A DNA stretch of 63,432 nt, counting the filler, from Chiloscyllium plagiosum (lineage: Eukaryota): assembly GCF_004010195.1 (NCBI RefSeq). It is 5 parts of one record of this genome, joined end to end, with 100 filler letters (N's around TTAATTAATTAA, not from the genome) between each part and the next. Parts side by side here need not be neighbours in the genome. Positions count along the whole stretch, not along the records: positions 59,345 to 63,432 come from NC_057717.1; 4 more parts are not named here. One strand, given 5' to 3'. The notes under the pieces were generated by a model, which saw only the letters and a program-made list of their open reading frames with translations, was not told the DNA's origin and did no database searches. Below are positions 61,660 through 63,432 of the stretch, in pieces. How positions within the stretch are numbered: the stretch's first letter is position 1; each line of letters opens with the position of its first letter. Position numbers and translations under genes: made by a program.

Positions 61660-63100
61660 AGAAATGGCTTTTAACATTACGAAAGAGGTTCTGGAGTTTG
61701 AAGATGACTTCCAAGTTTGCCAAGAAAGGTTAGAAAGACAGAGGAAGGGCATACTTTCAGAATTACCAAATAGATTAGAAATGGGTTTCACCAGGGACAA
61801 AAGGCAAGCTGAAATTGTAATGGAATTGGTCAAGCACTTTGATGTTTCAGACAAACAGGAAACTGCAGTCGAGTGAGAAATACCTTAAATTGCAAATATG
61901 GCAACTGGAGTTAGAAGATAAAGAAAGAGACAGAAAGAGTGAGAGAGATAAGAAGAGTAAGAGGAAGAGACGAAAAAGAGAGAGAATTTGAAATTCAGAA
62001 GTTGGGAATTAGGTAAGAAAGTTAAATTAGCAGGATGGAGATGAAGGAGGACGTAGGGATGTATACAACTATGTTAATAAATTGCCATATATCGGTAAGA
62101 AAAGTTTCACAGCCTTTTTTATTACATTGGTAATAGTGGCTCGGCAGATGGTGTGTCCAATGAACTTGTGGGTAATGCTAGTTCAGGCTAAGCTGGTGGG
62201 CACAACTAGTGAGATATGTGCAGTGCTAGCAGATGAGGGATCAAGAGATTATGCAGATGTCGAACAGGCCATTTTGAGTGTTTATGAAGTGGTACTAGAA
62301 GCATATAGACAGAGGTTCAGAAATATAGAGACGGAACGAGGTCAGAGTTATGTTGAGTTTGAAAGAATGAAACACAGTCATTTTGATAGCTGAGTGTGGG
62401 CCTTAAAAATGGGGCTCGAAGAGAGATTATTCTGCTGGAGAAGTTTAAAGACTCACTTCCAGAGATGTTAAGAATTCTCGTGAATGGACAGAAAGTTCAA
62501 GAAGTGAGAAGCGCTGCAGAAATGACAGGTAAATATGCTTTGGTGCATGAGATGAAATTTAGCTTCTGGGAGGATTTTCATCCTGTGAAGAATAGAAATT
62601 GGGAGGACGGGAGATCTTATGCTACAAGACATAGAGAAAATCACAGTGGCAATAGATTACCACGAGTGAAAAAAGAAGCCCAAGGAGTTGAAAGGTGGTG
62701 AAAGGTCTCAGGTGTTCTCACTATAACGGAGTGGAACACATAAAATGCTGCCGATGGTTTTAGAAGGGCACTAGGAATAGGTGTTTTCACTGCAGTAAGC
62801 TGGAACACATCATGCTGGGCGTTGAAGGAAGTCACTTTGAGAAAAGATGTGTTAAAAGAGGTTAAACCAGTGACATGAGTGAAACCGGTAAAAGAGACAC
62901 CAAGTAGAGCCGAGGAGCTGCAGGAGAGTGCAAACACTAGGCAGGGGCTGGGTATGGAGTCAGTGCCTGATCTCTATAAAGAATTCGCCTCTGTGGATAA
63001 AGTTTACTCAGAAAGGTGGGGGTGGGGGGCGCGGGGGCGGGTATTGAGGCGTGGGTAAGAAATTATAATTTTGTGAGATACGGGATCTGTTCAGTCTTTA
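61660..63100 (+). mobile_element. Decayed Gmr1-like Gypsy LTR retrotransposon internal region: gag (SCAN-related capsid) and start of protease
   Basis: DYADVEQAILSVYEVVLEAYRQRFR...GQSYVEF and REIILLEKFKDSLPEMLRILV...VRSAAEM..KY; aspartic protease motif IL*DTGS at ~63067-63088; multiple stops and frameshifts. Confidence 0.85.
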
Positions 63101-63432
63101 GCAGTTGAGAAGTGAGGCGCCGGAAAAGCACAACAGATCAGGGAGCATCCGAAGAGCAGGACAATCGCCATATCAGGCATAAACCCATCGTCAGGAATGT
63201 GGTGGGGGGACAAGGGGGCTGAAAGATTAATAGGCCAGTAGGAGCTGGGCTGGCCGGAGGGTCACTGGGAAGGTGATCGGATGATGTAGTTGGGAGTGAT
63301 AGTGATATGTCGGAGTGGAGGGTGGACTAGATAGGTGGAAAGGAAGATGGAAAGTTGGGACAGTTCTAATTTGAACGGTTTGATCTGGGATGAGGTTGGG
63401 AGAGGGGAGATTTGGAATTTGGTGAAGTCAAC
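63100..63432 (-). mobile_element. Penelope-like 3' end with decayed hammerhead, truncating the Gypsy element
   Basis: Reverse complement reads ttcCTGACGATGGGTTTATGCCTGATATGGCGattgtcctgctcttcggatgct...ctgttgtgcttttcc, preceded by a C-rich segment like 23770-23880. Confidence 0.7.

Overview
Repeat-dominated vertebrate genomic DNA, almost certainly from a shark or other elasmobranch. The assignment rests on HE1/V-SINEs, CR1-type LINEs, Penelope-like elements and an exon of the GPR139-like GPCR family expanded in sharks. Four 100-nt gaps carry an artificial TTAATTAATTAA linker and split the window into five assembly segments whose adjacency is not proven. Each of the first three segments holds a large, old inverted duplication. 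P1 (~98-16707) folds back inside a 29-bp higher-order satellite and carries two tRNA-Gly(TCC) pseudogenes. P2 (~24085-34182) has a solo LTR at its inner breakpoint. P3 (~36719-53311) consists of two copies of a segmental unit. A third, more diverged copy of that unit (53730-58790) retains a ~2.4-kb block containing coding exon 1 of a GPR139-like receptor (56299-56473), which both P3 arms lack. No complete protein-coding gene is visible. Other content includes a 43-bp minisatellite, solo LTRs, a decayed Gmr1-like Gypsy gag-protease, and Penelope-like insertions with hammerhead ribozyme motifs. Coordinates and divergence estimates were made by eye and are approximate unless a TSD or motif fixes them.
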